Origin: Poseidonia sp.
Lineage (GTDB): Archaea; Thermoplasmatota; Poseidoniia; Poseidoniales; Poseidoniaceae
Direction: 5' to 3'
Assembly: GCA_965661285.1 (NCBI GenBank)
Contig: CBFIDD010000001.1
Location: 192,001-256,000 of the forward strand
Length of the DNA: 64,000 nt
The number at the start of each line of letters is the position of its first letter. The first letter of the stretch is position 1. Below the pieces are notes generated by a model. That model saw only the letters and a list, made by a program, of their open reading frames with translations, searched no databases and was not told where the DNA came from. Below, piece after piece: positions 18,901 to 28,287 of the stretch. A program made the position numbers and the translations under genes.

Positions 18901-19492
18901 ACCAACATGGACGGTCGAAGATTTGCCTGCTGGAACATGGGTGTTCACGCTCACGGTGACCGATGACGACGGTGAATCAACACAGGCGGAGATCACCGTG
19001 CTCGTCGCTGAAGCGCCGCCCAACGGTTTGCTGGAAAGCATCACGAGCAGCATCGGCTCAACCACCACCGCCGTTATCGGGTTGTTGGGCATCATCATCG
19101 TGGGCCTGGTCGTCTTCCTCTTGTTCACCCGCCAACGTGGAGGCGCAGCAGAAGATTTCAGCATGTTTGAGCAAAGCCAATTCGCTGCGGCTCCCAAGGC
19201 TATGGCACCGTTGCCCGCATCCCAACCAGAAACGCCTGTTCAGGCCGCTCAAACCGCAGTGGCGCCTGTTGCTGCGCCCATGGAGACGGCCCAACCGGTC
19301 AACACCGGTCCACCGCTCCCTGCCACAGGCCTTCCCCAAGGGTGGACCATGGAACAGTGGAATTACTACGGAGAACAGTGGTTGGCGGCAAATCAACCCG
19401 CACCGGCCCCTGTTCAACCCATAGTTTCACAAACTCCACCAACCCCTGCCTCCAATGAGTTGCAGTCGTTGCTTGACGACTTGGACTTCTGA
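15902..19492 (+). CDS. Paralogous large CARDB/PKD cell-surface protein with TM anchor and GWTMEQW tail
   Basis: Colinear with the upstream gene (DVPTYRVGDEWVY, DFPLR, WYCPAVR, GYNALPGD, CWDLD); TM helix; GPPLPATGLPQGWTMEQWNYYGEQWL. Confidence 0.82.
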   Translation: MLGRACQAAFLVALFLLSTGLAVVESSILQDRSLGQQHSQGTNSVVDVPTYRVGDEWVYETKFDVAQLLAQANVSASLNTLTGDTVNEVTDIFYATDNNGDTVLAYEVEISGSFTSGISGATLEGVTGRLNIDYDGIDVLRARDLATITSDFTLDVRFRPFNLGFLEQTLGIVTFDNTYTPAKERHDFPLRTGDQWYMEFEAETAVSGTSDYFDPSEFDSQEDENNSWQVVKNEAPSEDGVSPQYTGCDDSYKISEWNATGVNLGFNWYCPAVRGSVWNRIVNPAGFTIDWLLKTYTPTDSNSVVPSSSPGGRNTQIQVSTATTATLPDAVEQISIAYSVAGNPSIPLKNTNLQLRYEIADTIINPTTDNNGQAQVSLNVSDEVDDTPASDDYTSNGVVVYDPVGDVVGATTVVQDLSVVGIDLIAQASSVIVERTRNGDTTTLSASIGYNALPGDVLSFSLPAQNRGVLSAPSTFMEIETPDGPVSRSALPSIAPYAEERIEVDWAVPADMQIGTAQLMFTVDPDENVTADANRSNNDASISVFIGRAPNASLVVDEGKYTFENITLNATQSFDIDGGDVDCRFEIESRAGLIDVIEAPDCWTQWNWSNSGSWSVKVLVIDEELDTDEMVVDVVVLNRAPSFNLTHPASVEVEAQISVQAIDIVDIDTSSPSGQQVSISWPGLECDEGLTQPTCTFTPMFEGTLNITAIATDDDGETTTLTSQVMVLNVPPTLSPPTLFKGGEEVLPDENGTWHLNEDEVALLRATASDTANDEGTVIIEWHPSLEDENWTVSSIGVSSSEAVSWNTSGMHTVQVRAIDADGASSEVQQAKVMIHNVPPSVTGLPGNTPVFENDLLNLTVVASDTASDIADLEVCWDLDASLDLDGDGTGDNDCELTGTNIEPSWTTRGVRMITVTVTDDDGAMAQQTMNVSVLNLPPTAVISEITVLDDLIEGDNLTLSGADSVETESDKENLVYEWDASYLDTDLDGEKVGDVDFTGPTWTVEDLPAGTWVFTLTVTDDDGESTQAEITVLVAEAPPNGLLESITSSIGSTTTAVIGLLGIIIVGLVVFLLFTRQRGGAAEDFSMFEQSQFAAAPKAMAPLPASQPETPVQAAQTAVAPVAAPMETAQPVNTGPPLPATGLPQGWTMEQWNYYGEQWLAANQPAPAPVQPIVSQTPPTPASNELQSLLDDLDF

Positions 19493-19503
19493 GGCAGAGA
19501 AGC

Positions 19504-20073
19504 ATGGGAAGCTTGTGGAATTTTTTCGGTTTGCCCGACCCCGAAGGCACCCCGCCTGCCCAACAGGCACCAGCTCAGGAACCTGCACCTGCGCAGCCCG
19601 TATCATTGACCGGCATCCCCTCTGAGCCGACCCCCTCGTCCGCAGTTGAAGCCAGGCCGATATCGAGCGAAGCGCCAGACCTCAGTGGATTGCGAGCGCC
19701 GCCATTGGGTTGGAACGGACCCGTGACCCCGGATGGAGAAGCCTTTCACGACCTCGGCGTGGAGCGAAAACATCGCCAGCAGTTGCCGAAGAAAGCACTG
19801 CGATACATCGCACCGGATGTGATGAAGCGAATTCCTACCTCTGCCATGCTCGAGCGCGTCCTGCAAGGGGATACGGCCATCGTTGACCTGCGCTCCCTGG
19901 TCCATATGGAAAGCCATCAAATGGCCTGTCGAAGGGAAATCAAACACATGGCCGACCAAGCCCGAGTGAGCGTATTTTCACTGGATGCCGAGGATAAATT
20001 GTTGATGATTCCCGGCCTGAACGTCGTGGTCGATATGGAAAAGCATCAACTTGGATTGACGCCTCTGCTTTGA
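19504..20073 (+). CDS. sepF: Cell division protein SepF-like
   Basis: N-terminal amphipathic MGSLWNFFGL, disordered Pro-rich linker, C-terminal core with SepF pattern (VLQGDTAIVDL...IKHMA...LLMIP). Confidence 0.65.
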   Translation: MGSLWNFFGLPDPEGTPPAQQAPAQEPAPAQPVSLTGIPSEPTPSSAVEARPISSEAPDLSGLRAPPLGWNGPVTPDGEAFHDLGVERKHRQQLPKKALRYIAPDVMKRIPTSAMLERVLQGDTAIVDLRSLVHMESHQMACRREIKHMADQARVSVFSLDAEDKLLMIPGLNVVVDMEKHQLGLTPLL

Positions 20074-20076
20074 ATT

Positions 20077-20643
20077 TCAGAGGGTTGAAGCCAGCACTTC
20101 GAGGAAGGCCATCGCCTCGCCCGCAATGCCAAGCACGGTGCTTTCTGCCCCCTCAATTAGGCGAGCATGTTCACCCATGGGCCCGTGAAGGTCGTAACCA
20201 CCTGCTTTTCCTTTCCAGGAGTCTGATGAGAGAAGTGCATGCAGTTGGTCATCGGTAAATTCAGGAAAGGAGACGATAGAAGCCTCACACCAATACTGCC
20301 ATGTGCCGTTCCATCGAACACCGGTGGCCGACCACACCTGGTGAAGCCGTCCGCTCAGGCGATGAAGCATGAGCGCAGCCTGCGTCCGGTCGTGTGGTTT
20401 CCCGATGCTCAAGGAGTGGTCGTCGGGATCGCTGAGCATGGTGTCCGCCACCACGACCACATCGTGATGCGATGGGGGGACCGCGAGTGCTTTTCGTTTA
20501 CAGATCGCCAAGACCTGCTGCTCAACCGTACCGGAAGGTGGCGTCTCGTCAACACCCTCCATCCCTTCGTATTGAAGTTGGGAGAAAAGTGGACAGAGCA
20601 AGGCAGAACGACGCGCTGAATTCGAGGCGAGCCACACGTCCAT
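20077..20643 (-). CDS. maf: Maf family nucleoside triphosphate pyrophosphatase
   Basis: LASNSARR, VDET, VADT, GKP, LSGRLHQVWS, GKAGGY. Confidence 0.9.
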   Translation of the reverse strand: MDVWLASNSARRSALLCPLFSQLQYEGMEGVDETPPSGTVEQQVLAICKRKALAVPPSHHDVVVVADTMLSDPDDHSLSIGKPHDRTQAALMLHRLSGRLHQVWSATGVRWNGTWQYWCEASIVSFPEFTDDQLHALLSSDSWKGKAGGYDLHGPMGEHARLIEGAESTVLGIAGEAMAFLEVLASTL

Positions 20644-20738
20644 ACCAGCAACTGCACACGAGGGGCTTTTGAGATTCCCATCCAATGCGTGGGTGATATT
20701 GAAGAATCCGAAGGTCTAGCGAAGACCGAGTGAGCCCA

Positions 20739-21458
20739 ATGAGCGAGATGGAACGAATCCCCACCCACATCGAAGGCCTTGACGAGAAGATGCAAGGCGG
20801 CATCCCTCAAGGACACATTTGCATTGTTGCAGGCGCTTCCGGAGCCATGAAGTCCAGCCTGACGTTTTCCATGCTGTACAACGCCGTCCTCTACGGCGAA
20901 ACCAGCGGCATCTATGTCACGCTCGAGCAGGGCAAGGATTCACTTCGCTCGCACATGGCCAACATGGGCATGAACGTCGACGACCCCCGCGTCCGCAACC
21001 GCATCGCCATCATCGACCTCGCCGACCTTCGTGTTCAACTGGACGAACAAGGCATGGGCAACCGTGTTGACTGGATGGGGCAACTCATCAAGCAACTGAC
21101 CTCCTACCGACAATCCATCGGTTTCGAGCTGTTGGTGTTCGACTCGCTTGGCGCGTTTTTCACCCTGACAAAGATGGAGAACCCCCGCGACGAAATTTTC
21201 CGTCTATTTGAGGCCGTTCGCCGATTGGAGTTGACCTCGTTCTTCATCTGTGAGATGACGGGCGAAGACCACAAGCAGTTTGGCGAATACGGCGTAGAGG
21301 ACTATCTTTCCGACGGTGTCATGCACCTCGTCATGGAACGAGAAGGCGATGATGTCTTCCGTAAACTCGGCATCGTGAAGATGCGCCACACCAACCACTT
21401 GCTGGGCTACAAGCCGTTCAACTGGAAAGAAGGTGAACAGCGGTTCACCATCGTCTGA
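20739..21458 (+). CDS. Single-domain KaiC/RAD55-like RecA-superfamily ATPase
   Basis: RIPTHIEGLDEKMQGGIP, variant Walker A GASGAMKS, YVTLEQ, LVFDS, DGVMHL, IVKMR. Confidence 0.88.
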   Translation: MSEMERIPTHIEGLDEKMQGGIPQGHICIVAGASGAMKSSLTFSMLYNAVLYGETSGIYVTLEQGKDSLRSHMANMGMNVDDPRVRNRIAIIDLADLRVQLDEQGMGNRVDWMGQLIKQLTSYRQSIGFELLVFDSLGAFFTLTKMENPRDEIFRLFEAVRRLELTSFFICEMTGEDHKQFGEYGVEDYLSDGVMHLVMEREGDDVFRKLGIVKMRHTNHLLGYKPFNWKEGEQRFTIV

Positions 21459-21460
21459 CC

Positions 21461-23284
21461 TTACTCAACCGTGACAGATTTTGCCAAGTTGCGTGGACGA
21501 TCCACGTCTTTCCCGAGTTTCACCGCCGTTTGGTAGGCCATCAACTGCAACGGAAGCACGGTCAGCAGGGGCGTTAACCACGGATGGATGCTGGGAACGG
21601 CGATGGAGACATCACCCTCCGAAGCGATGGCATCGCCTTTTTCGTGAATCAGGATGATCTTGGCACCTCTCGCTTTACACTCGTGCAGCGCCGACATCGT
21701 CTTTTCCTTGAGGTGGTCGTTCGGGGCGATGATGACCACGGGGCTGCCCTCTTCGAGCAAGGCGATTGGCCCGTGCTTCATCTCGCCAGCAGGATAGGCC
21801 AGACAGGGAATGTAAGCCAGTTCCATGAGTTTGAGAGCACCTTCTTTGGCCACCGGCGCCGAAAGACCTCGGCCGAGGAAGAGCACCGAAGAGGCATCGC
21901 AGAGAAGTTCCACCGCTTCGGCAACAGGACCGATATCTTCGAAGTAGGTCTCCATCAAGTGCGGGGCCTGTTGCAGATGCTGAATCAACTCACGCCCTTC
22001 GGCTTTCGAAAGGTGGCGAGTCCGGCCGAGTTGCGTTGCAAAAATCGTCAGCGCCCCCACCATGTTTGTGAACGCCTTGGTTGAGGCCACAGACTGTTCA
22101 GGGCCCGAGTGGATGTAGACCCCTTTGCCGCACAGTCGGGCGATGGTTGAACCGACGACGTTAATCACACCGTAGACTTGGCCGCCTTTCAGTTTGATTT
22201 CTTTGATCGCAGCGATGGTGTCAGCCGTCTCTCCGGATTGTGAAACAGCGAAATAGAGCGACTTTGGATTGATGACGGGGTCGTTGTTTCGGAATTCACT
22301 CGAGATGTGGGTCGCTGCGGGAATCCGTCCCATTTTTTCAACCAGCATTTGTCCTATTTCCGCAGCATAAGCCGCCGTACCGCATCCGAGCAGGTGAACA
22401 TGCGGTGCCTGAACGAGGGCGTTGTGGTCAAGACCCATGCCGCCCAGACGCCCATTGCCCATCTCCCGTTCCAGTCGCCCTGCGATGCAATGGCGCAACG
22501 CATCGGGTTGCTCGTAGATTTCTTTGTACATGTAGTGGGGTGCATCACCGAGCTCGGCTTCGCCCCAAGCGTCCTCAAGGACGGTAATACTGGGCTCAAC
22601 GGCCTTTCCTTTGGTGGTTGTCAGTTTGAATCCGTCCCGACGGATGACGGCGATGTCCCCGTCCTCGAGATAGACCACGCGCTGTGTGTGGGCGGTGAGG
22701 GGATGAGGGTCGCTGGAAACGAAGGTTTCGTCTTGGCCCTGACCGATGATGAGCGGGGAGCCGTTTCGTGCGCAGATGAGGAGGTCATGGTCTCGAAAGA
22801 GGATGCACAACCCCCAAGTGCCGCGTAAGTGCTGGAGGGTGTTTTGTACGGCTTCAAGAGGGCTGGCACCGCCCTTGAGTTCGAGCGCCATCATCTGAAC
22901 GAGCACCTCGGAATCGGTTTCACTCACGCACGAAACGCCTCGAGCTGCCAGACCTTTTCTCAGGTGGAGGTAATTCTCGATGATGCCGTTGTGGACCAGG
23001 TGAATGGCACCATCCTCCGAAGCGTGAGGGTGGGTGTTGGCTTGGGTCACGCCGCCGTGCGTGGCCCAGCGCGTGTGAGCGATGCCCCGAGTCCCACTGA
23101 CCGTTCCGGGGAGGATTCGCTTCAGATCGGCCACTTTACCAACCGTCTTGTGGGTTTGAATGTCAGTTCCATCATCCACGGCAACGCCGGTAGAATCGTA
23201 GCCTCGGTATTCCAGACGTCGAAGCCCCTCAACCAAAATAGGGAGGGCTTGTTGGTGTCCGAGATAACCAAAAATACCGCACAT
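21461..23284 (-). CDS. glmS: Glutamine--fructose-6-phosphate aminotransferase
   Basis: MCGIFGY, RLEYRGYDS, HTRWATHG, SQSGETADT, RNLAKSVTVE. Confidence 0.97.
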   Translation of the reverse strand: MCGIFGYLGHQQALPILVEGLRRLEYRGYDSTGVAVDDGTDIQTHKTVGKVADLKRILPGTVSGTRGIAHTRWATHGGVTQANTHPHASEDGAIHLVHNGIIENYLHLRKGLAARGVSCVSETDSEVLVQMMALELKGGASPLEAVQNTLQHLRGTWGLCILFRDHDLLICARNGSPLIIGQGQDETFVSSDPHPLTAHTQRVVYLEDGDIAVIRRDGFKLTTTKGKAVEPSITVLEDAWGEAELGDAPHYMYKEIYEQPDALRHCIAGRLEREMGNGRLGGMGLDHNALVQAPHVHLLGCGTAAYAAEIGQMLVEKMGRIPAATHISSEFRNNDPVINPKSLYFAVSQSGETADTIAAIKEIKLKGGQVYGVINVVGSTIARLCGKGVYIHSGPEQSVASTKAFTNMVGALTIFATQLGRTRHLSKAEGRELIQHLQQAPHLMETYFEDIGPVAEAVELLCDASSVLFLGRGLSAPVAKEGALKLMELAYIPCLAYPAGEMKHGPIALLEEGSPVVIIAPNDHLKEKTMSALHECKARGAKIILIHEKGDAIASEGDVSIAVPSIHPWLTPLLTVLPLQLMAYQTAVKLGKDVDRPRNLAKSVTVE

Positions 23285-23295
23285 GAGATCACGCT

Positions 23296-26200
23296 TCAAA
23301 AGTCAAAGGTGTTGGAGCACACAGGGCAAGTGATACGCTTCAGCATCAAGTCCTTGACGCCAAAACTGGCTTGACAGGACGGGCATGTCGCCTCACGTTT
23401 CAATTCGGGCAGCGGCAAAGCCGGTGCAGGAAGCGGAAGATGGCCGTCGAGTGGAGGCAAGGCACCCGGCACCGGTAGCGCATCCGGCATCGGAACTGCG
23501 TCCGGCATTGGAAGACCCGGGGCAGGGAGGGGAGGCAATCCTTTTTGCAGGATATCCGCCATCTCACGCTGCTGTTTTCGCTTCATTCTGCGTTCAAGTC
23601 GCGCATTCCCCTCGCCTTCCTCGAGCTTCCGCTCAAGTTCAGCCGCAAGGGTTTCATCCTCTTCCTCGACCATCACCGCAAGTTGGCTTTCTTGAACCGT
23701 GAGTACTTCAGCGTCTTCCTCGATGGAAACCAAGGGGCCTTGGTCCTGTTCGGGCGTGATCATCAATTCGACGCCGTCGTCCTCTGCTCCCAATTCCTCA
23801 AGCAATTCCTCCACTTCGGCGTGGGAACGGCGTACCATAACAACCACAACGCCCAAGAAGAGAACGAGGAGCCCCAACGTTCCTGCAAGAATGCGGTATT
23901 TGACCTCGTTTGATTCACCGGGGAGATAATCGAGCAGCGTCTCGAGGAGGCCGGGCACCTCGACCGGCTCGTTTGAACCACCAAACGAGGCCACTTTGCT
24001 GAGACTGAGGGACCCACTGGGTGTCATGGAGCAGATGATGGTGTCTTCTTCCATGACGCCGACGCCGAACAGATAGCCATCGTCAATCATGTTTGACATG
24101 CCGTGCACGGGAGCGCCTTCTCCATCGGCGACGAGACCCATTCGATGCACCGGCCCGTAGATGTTGATCTCGTCGTGGTAGAGGTACACACCGTCATTCC
24201 GCTGAGCAAATCCAAGGGTTGAGACACCGGGTGCGAGGGTGCGCTGGATGTTGTCACCTGACCACAGCGCATCGGTGTTCGCCATGACGACATTCGAGAC
24301 CTTGCCTTGGCCTTCAATCCATGCAGCGAGAAGACGGTCTTCATCGTCATCCACGAGCACCTCCATGGCCGGATACTTGGCGCTGTCACCAACGGAATAC
24401 TGGAAACTCCACGATGAGGAGGTGTAGGAGCCGTGGGTGTACATCAGGCCGACCCGTTCAACGCCGGTGACATCATCTCGGTACTCCTGATAGAGAAGGT
24501 GGAGGTATTCCTCGCCCAAGCCAACCGCCACCGGCTGTGCATCACCTGGACGAATGTCAATATCGGAAAGCACCGTGAGTGGGTTGGTCCATGAATTTCC
24601 CTTGTCGGGGGAAGGGGATGAGATGACGAAGAGCGAGGTGATGTCTTGCCATGAACCGCTCGTGGAAAGGTCGCGGTGGTAGCCCGCCAGCACCATGGTG
24701 CCGTCGTATTGGTCAAAGGTGAACCCGTAATAGGAGCCCTCTGAGAGTTTGAGGGCCGGCATGTGATAGTGTTTGGGCGTGGTTTTCCCTGCCGCAGAAA
24801 TCGAGGTCATGGCAATGTCGGTGAGGATGTAGCCTTCAACGCTGAGCGAACGGCGGGTCCATGCCACCTGCACGAGACCATCGTCTCGCTGATACATCGC
24901 CAACTCACCACCCCAGTTCTCTTCAAGCACCGTACCACCAACCATAGCAAGGGTGGACGTGATGGTGCGGACATGAAGTTCGCCATCGAGGGTGGTGAAG
25001 AGGAGCCCGCCGTTGTTCAGACCAACAAAATCAACGGCAACTTCGCCTGTGGCCAGCGACAGTCCCACTTTGGAACCGGGGCGAACGTCAGCCACCGTGA
25101 TGTTAAACCGGAACTCACTGTGTTCAATCTCCACGCCCGAGCCGCTCAGTACCGCCCGGTAAGAGACGGCGCCGGCTGTATCGTGAACGTCTGCAAACCG
25201 TGCAAAGGCGTAGCCCGACGTGGTGCTTGAACCGGGAACGAGCGCTACGGGCTGATCGTCAAGGCGTTGCCATCCAACCTCTTCGATCCATCGCTCAAGA
25301 CCCAAACTCAGGCTGCTGGCATCGGTTTGTCCGAGGTTATCAACTCGGACGCGAAGGTCGTAAGGTGTTCCTGGCACCGGTACATCAGGTGTGGTTCGGG
25401 CAGCTCCGGGGAGGAAGCGAAGCATCGGTTCAATCGGCCGTTCATCGATGACGAAACTGAAGGTGTAGGCGTTGTTGCTGCGGTCGGGGTCTTCGTACTG
25501 GTTGGTCGGGTCGAGCGAAAGCGTGACGTCATGCGTCCCTGCTTCTGTTGCCCACCAGTACAGGGTCACCTGTACGCTATCGCCTTGTTCAAGCGAGGTC
25601 ACCTTGCCTTCCGAAGGGTAGGTTGTTGAATCGCTTCCCGGACCGTCCAGCGTGAGGTAGACTTCGTCAGCGTCCAGGTCGCCGATGTTGCGCAAGCCAA
25701 ATCGGACCTCGAGGACGGTCCCTGCAACCGCGCTGTTGACCGGCAGACCGCCGTCGTAAACACCAACGGTTCCCGTAAACGCAAAGTTTGGCGCTGCGGG
25801 CAGATTGTCCACTTCGTAGGTCCGTTTCAGAACGTCGCTGGTGACACCCGAAGCGTTGACCAATCGGACACTGACTCGGTGAGAGCCATCACCAACTTGA
25901 CTTGAATCCCACGAAAACGACCAGTCTTGAACAGCATCGCCCTCGGGGTCGAGCGTCTGGCCAACTTGCCAGTCGAGGCTGTCAATCTTGTATTCGATGC
26001 GGTCGTGTTCGATGCCTTCAGCCGTCCCGGAGAACTCGGTCAGGCCGACCAAGGCCTCACCCAACGGTGGTTCAGAAATGGAGACGGTCATTCGAGCGAA
26101 ACGTACGATGCGAACATCGACCACGGAGGCTTCACCGTTTTCGTTGAGCGCTCTGGCGTAAACCAGCGAGTACGATTCGTCGGCGTCGACCCAATCATCG

Positions 26201-28200
26201 TCCACCGTGATGTCAAAATACCAATCTTCGACCGTTCCGTCGGCATTGAGCCAGTTGGTGAGCTCGTTGCTCTCTCCATCGTCGTAGAATTGCTCAAACT
26301 TCACTTGAACCTCGATGTAATCGTTCTCGCTCACATCGGTCGTTCCCTCGACCGACAAGGTGTTGCCTGCGAGGTGGAGCGTTTGGTTCACCGGGGCGGT
26401 CATCGCGACATCTTCACCAAGTCCGTCGCCACCGGGAGGCGGTGTGACCACGATGCCCCCGTTGTCTTCCAACGGCGTGCATGCACGGTCCAAAACGTGG
26501 TCGAGCGCGCAAGAAGCGTCGACCAAACCAAAGCCCCATTTGTCGTTCCAACGGTCGGAAATGTCCGACGCCGAGGCTGAACCACGTGATTCTGAGGAGT
26601 TTCGGAGGATGTTGCGGATGTCCTCAGGAGAAAGGGTGTCATCGGCTTGAAGCAGACTGGCGACGATGCCGGAAACCAACGGGGTGGCCATGCTCGTCCC
26701 GTCTTTTGCATCGTAATCGTTGTCGGCGAGGGGCCGTTCTGGTTGACCGGGGAAGGACGGTCCGGTAGCGGCGGTCGCCGAGGTAATGCCGCTTCCGTAG
26801 GCGGTCACGTCGGGTTTTAATTCGTCCCACTCGTCGTCGTCTCCGTCGTCCAAGCGAGGCCCCCAGTTGGAATAGGATGCCATCACGTCATCGGTTCGGT
26901 TGACGCTGTTGCGGTCGTTGACAGCCCCGATGGAAATGGCGCCATCAGCGCTGGCTGGGGAGGGAACGCGCTTCGACCCGTCGTTGCCCATGGCGACGAT
27001 ACAGACAATGCCTGCGTCTCGAGCATCGTTGACCAAACGCGCTTCGGCACCCGAACCGTTGTCGCCTTCGTCATCGGGGTTGAGCGGACTGCTCAACGAG
27101 CCAAAGGACATCGAACCGACGTCAATGCCCCGGCTCGACTCGTTGTTGCCCCAGTCGGTATCTTTGTTGTTGATCATCCACTGAATCCCATTCAGGGACG
27201 CTTGAGAGTTTGTGCCGCCTGAATCGGTCAGCACCTTAATGTCGACGAGATAGGCGCCCATACCGCTTCCTGTATGAACTCGTTGAGCGCCCCCTGTTCC
27301 CAAGGCCGTTGCCGCAACGTGCGTTCCGTGCCCCTGGCCGTCATCCGGGTCAACCGTCCCGTCCGGGTTCGAAGCGGATGAGGTGGCGTCAAAACCGGCC
27401 ACCCACTTCTGGTCGTTGTAGCTGGTGGCATCGCTGTCGGGTTCGTCATCCACGTCATCAAAGTCGTTGAGGGCTCGGTGTTCGTTGTCCACACCGGTAT
27501 CAAGGACGGCAATGACGACGCCCTCGCCGTAATAACCACGCTCGTAGGTGCTCGCAGAATACACCTCGGAGGGCATCGCTCGAGCGGCTTCGGAAGCCAC
27601 GCCGTTGAACGGAACCATCACGTTTTGCATTTCAATCACGACCACACCCTCGAGTGCGTATATGTCCATGAGGGCGCTGACGGGCACTTTGTCGACGACA
27701 ACCGAGTCGATGGCGTTCATGACCTGGAACCAAGCCCCGCCGGATTCGGAAACCCAACCGTGCATGTTGAGGACCGAACGAAGTTGTTGAACTTCATGGT
27801 GATTCGGTGCCCACGCGTAGTCCACGACGATGGCCACGGTTTTGCGACCGTCGGGACCGACGATGGCGGTTGGCGAAATTGACTCGTGACCTGCGAGCAC
27901 TCGCTGAAGTCGGTCATCCATACCGTTCCAGTCGAGGTCCGGACCGTAGCCAAGCCACCACTGGTCTGGCTCGGAGGAGGCTCGATCACCTCGCTCGATA
28001 AGGCGAGTCGGACGTTCGCAAAGGTCATCGCCGCACATCAACGGCGGCAGGCCATCGACGAGAATTGGCTCGTCGTAGCCCTTTGGTTCGGCGGTCATGG
28101 TGGAGGTTGCAAGGACGCCGCCGCTGACATCTGCGAGGAGCACCAGCAAGGCAAAGAGAACGGCACCCATAGGTAGCGAACGTTGTGACTGACGAAGCAT
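23296..28200 (-). CDS. Membrane-anchored S8 (subtilisin-like) serine protease with Ig/CARDB domains and cytoplasmic Pro-rich, Zn-ribbon tail
   Basis: Catalytic triad VLDTG / GHGTHVA / GTSMATP; CARDB-like repeats; TM helix; tail with CPSC...CPVC. SD-like GAGGTGA upstream of ATG 28200. Confidence 0.88.
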   Translation of the reverse strand: MLRQSQRSLPMGAVLFALLVLLADVSGGVLATSTMTAEPKGYDEPILVDGLPPLMCGDDLCERPTRLIERGDRASSEPDQWWLGYGPDLDWNGMDDRLQRVLAGHESISPTAIVGPDGRKTVAIVVDYAWAPNHHEVQQLRSVLNMHGWVSESGGAWFQVMNAIDSVVVDKVPVSALMDIYALEGVVVIEMQNVMVPFNGVASEAARAMPSEVYSASTYERGYYGEGVVIAVLDTGVDNEHRALNDFDDVDDEPDSDATSYNDQKWVAGFDATSSASNPDGTVDPDDGQGHGTHVAATALGTGGAQRVHTGSGMGAYLVDIKVLTDSGGTNSQASLNGIQWMINNKDTDWGNNESSRGIDVGSMSFGSLSSPLNPDDEGDNGSGAEARLVNDARDAGIVCIVAMGNDGSKRVPSPASADGAISIGAVNDRNSVNRTDDVMASYSNWGPRLDDGDDDEWDELKPDVTAYGSGITSATAATGPSFPGQPERPLADNDYDAKDGTSMATPLVSGIVASLLQADDTLSPEDIRNILRNSSESRGSASASDISDRWNDKWGFGLVDASCALDHVLDRACTPLEDNGGIVVTPPPGGDGLGEDVAMTAPVNQTLHLAGNTLSVEGTTDVSENDYIEVQVKFEQFYDDGESNELTNWLNADGTVEDWYFDITVDDDWVDADESYSLVYARALNENGEASVVDVRIVRFARMTVSISEPPLGEALVGLTEFSGTAEGIEHDRIEYKIDSLDWQVGQTLDPEGDAVQDWSFSWDSSQVGDGSHRVSVRLVNASGVTSDVLKRTYEVDNLPAAPNFAFTGTVGVYDGGLPVNSAVAGTVLEVRFGLRNIGDLDADEVYLTLDGPGSDSTTYPSEGKVTSLEQGDSVQVTLYWWATEAGTHDVTLSLDPTNQYEDPDRSNNAYTFSFVIDERPIEPMLRFLPGAARTTPDVPVPGTPYDLRVRVDNLGQTDASSLSLGLERWIEEVGWQRLDDQPVALVPGSSTTSGYAFARFADVHDTAGAVSYRAVLSGSGVEIEHSEFRFNITVADVRPGSKVGLSLATGEVAVDFVGLNNGGLLFTTLDGELHVRTITSTLAMVGGTVLEENWGGELAMYQRDDGLVQVAWTRRSLSVEGYILTDIAMTSISAAGKTTPKHYHMPALKLSEGSYYGFTFDQYDGTMVLAGYHRDLSTSGSWQDITSLFVISSPSPDKGNSWTNPLTVLSDIDIRPGDAQPVAVGLGEEYLHLLYQEYRDDVTGVERVGLMYTHGSYTSSSWSFQYSVGDSAKYPAMEVLVDDDEDRLLAAWIEGQGKVSNVVMANTDALWSGDNIQRTLAPGVSTLGFAQRNDGVYLYHDEINIYGPVHRMGLVADGEGAPVHGMSNMIDDGYLFGVGVMEEDTIICSMTPSGSLSLSKVASFGGSNEPVEVPGLLETLLDYLPGESNEVKYRILAGTLGLLVLFLGVVVVMVRRSHAEVEELLEELGAEDDGVELMITPEQDQGPLVSIEEDAEVLTVQESQLAVMVEEEDETLAAELERKLEEGEGNARLERRMKRKQQREMADILQKGLPPLPAPGLPMPDAVPMPDALPVPGALPPLDGHLPLPAPALPLPELKREATCPSCQASFGVKDLMLKRITCPVCSNTFDF

Positions 28201-28287
28201 CTCTTCACCTCTCGTTCTGCTGGAAGGCTTGCCCACCTTTGATTCTATCCTCAGATGTATCATCACACGACCCGATGATGAAAGGAA

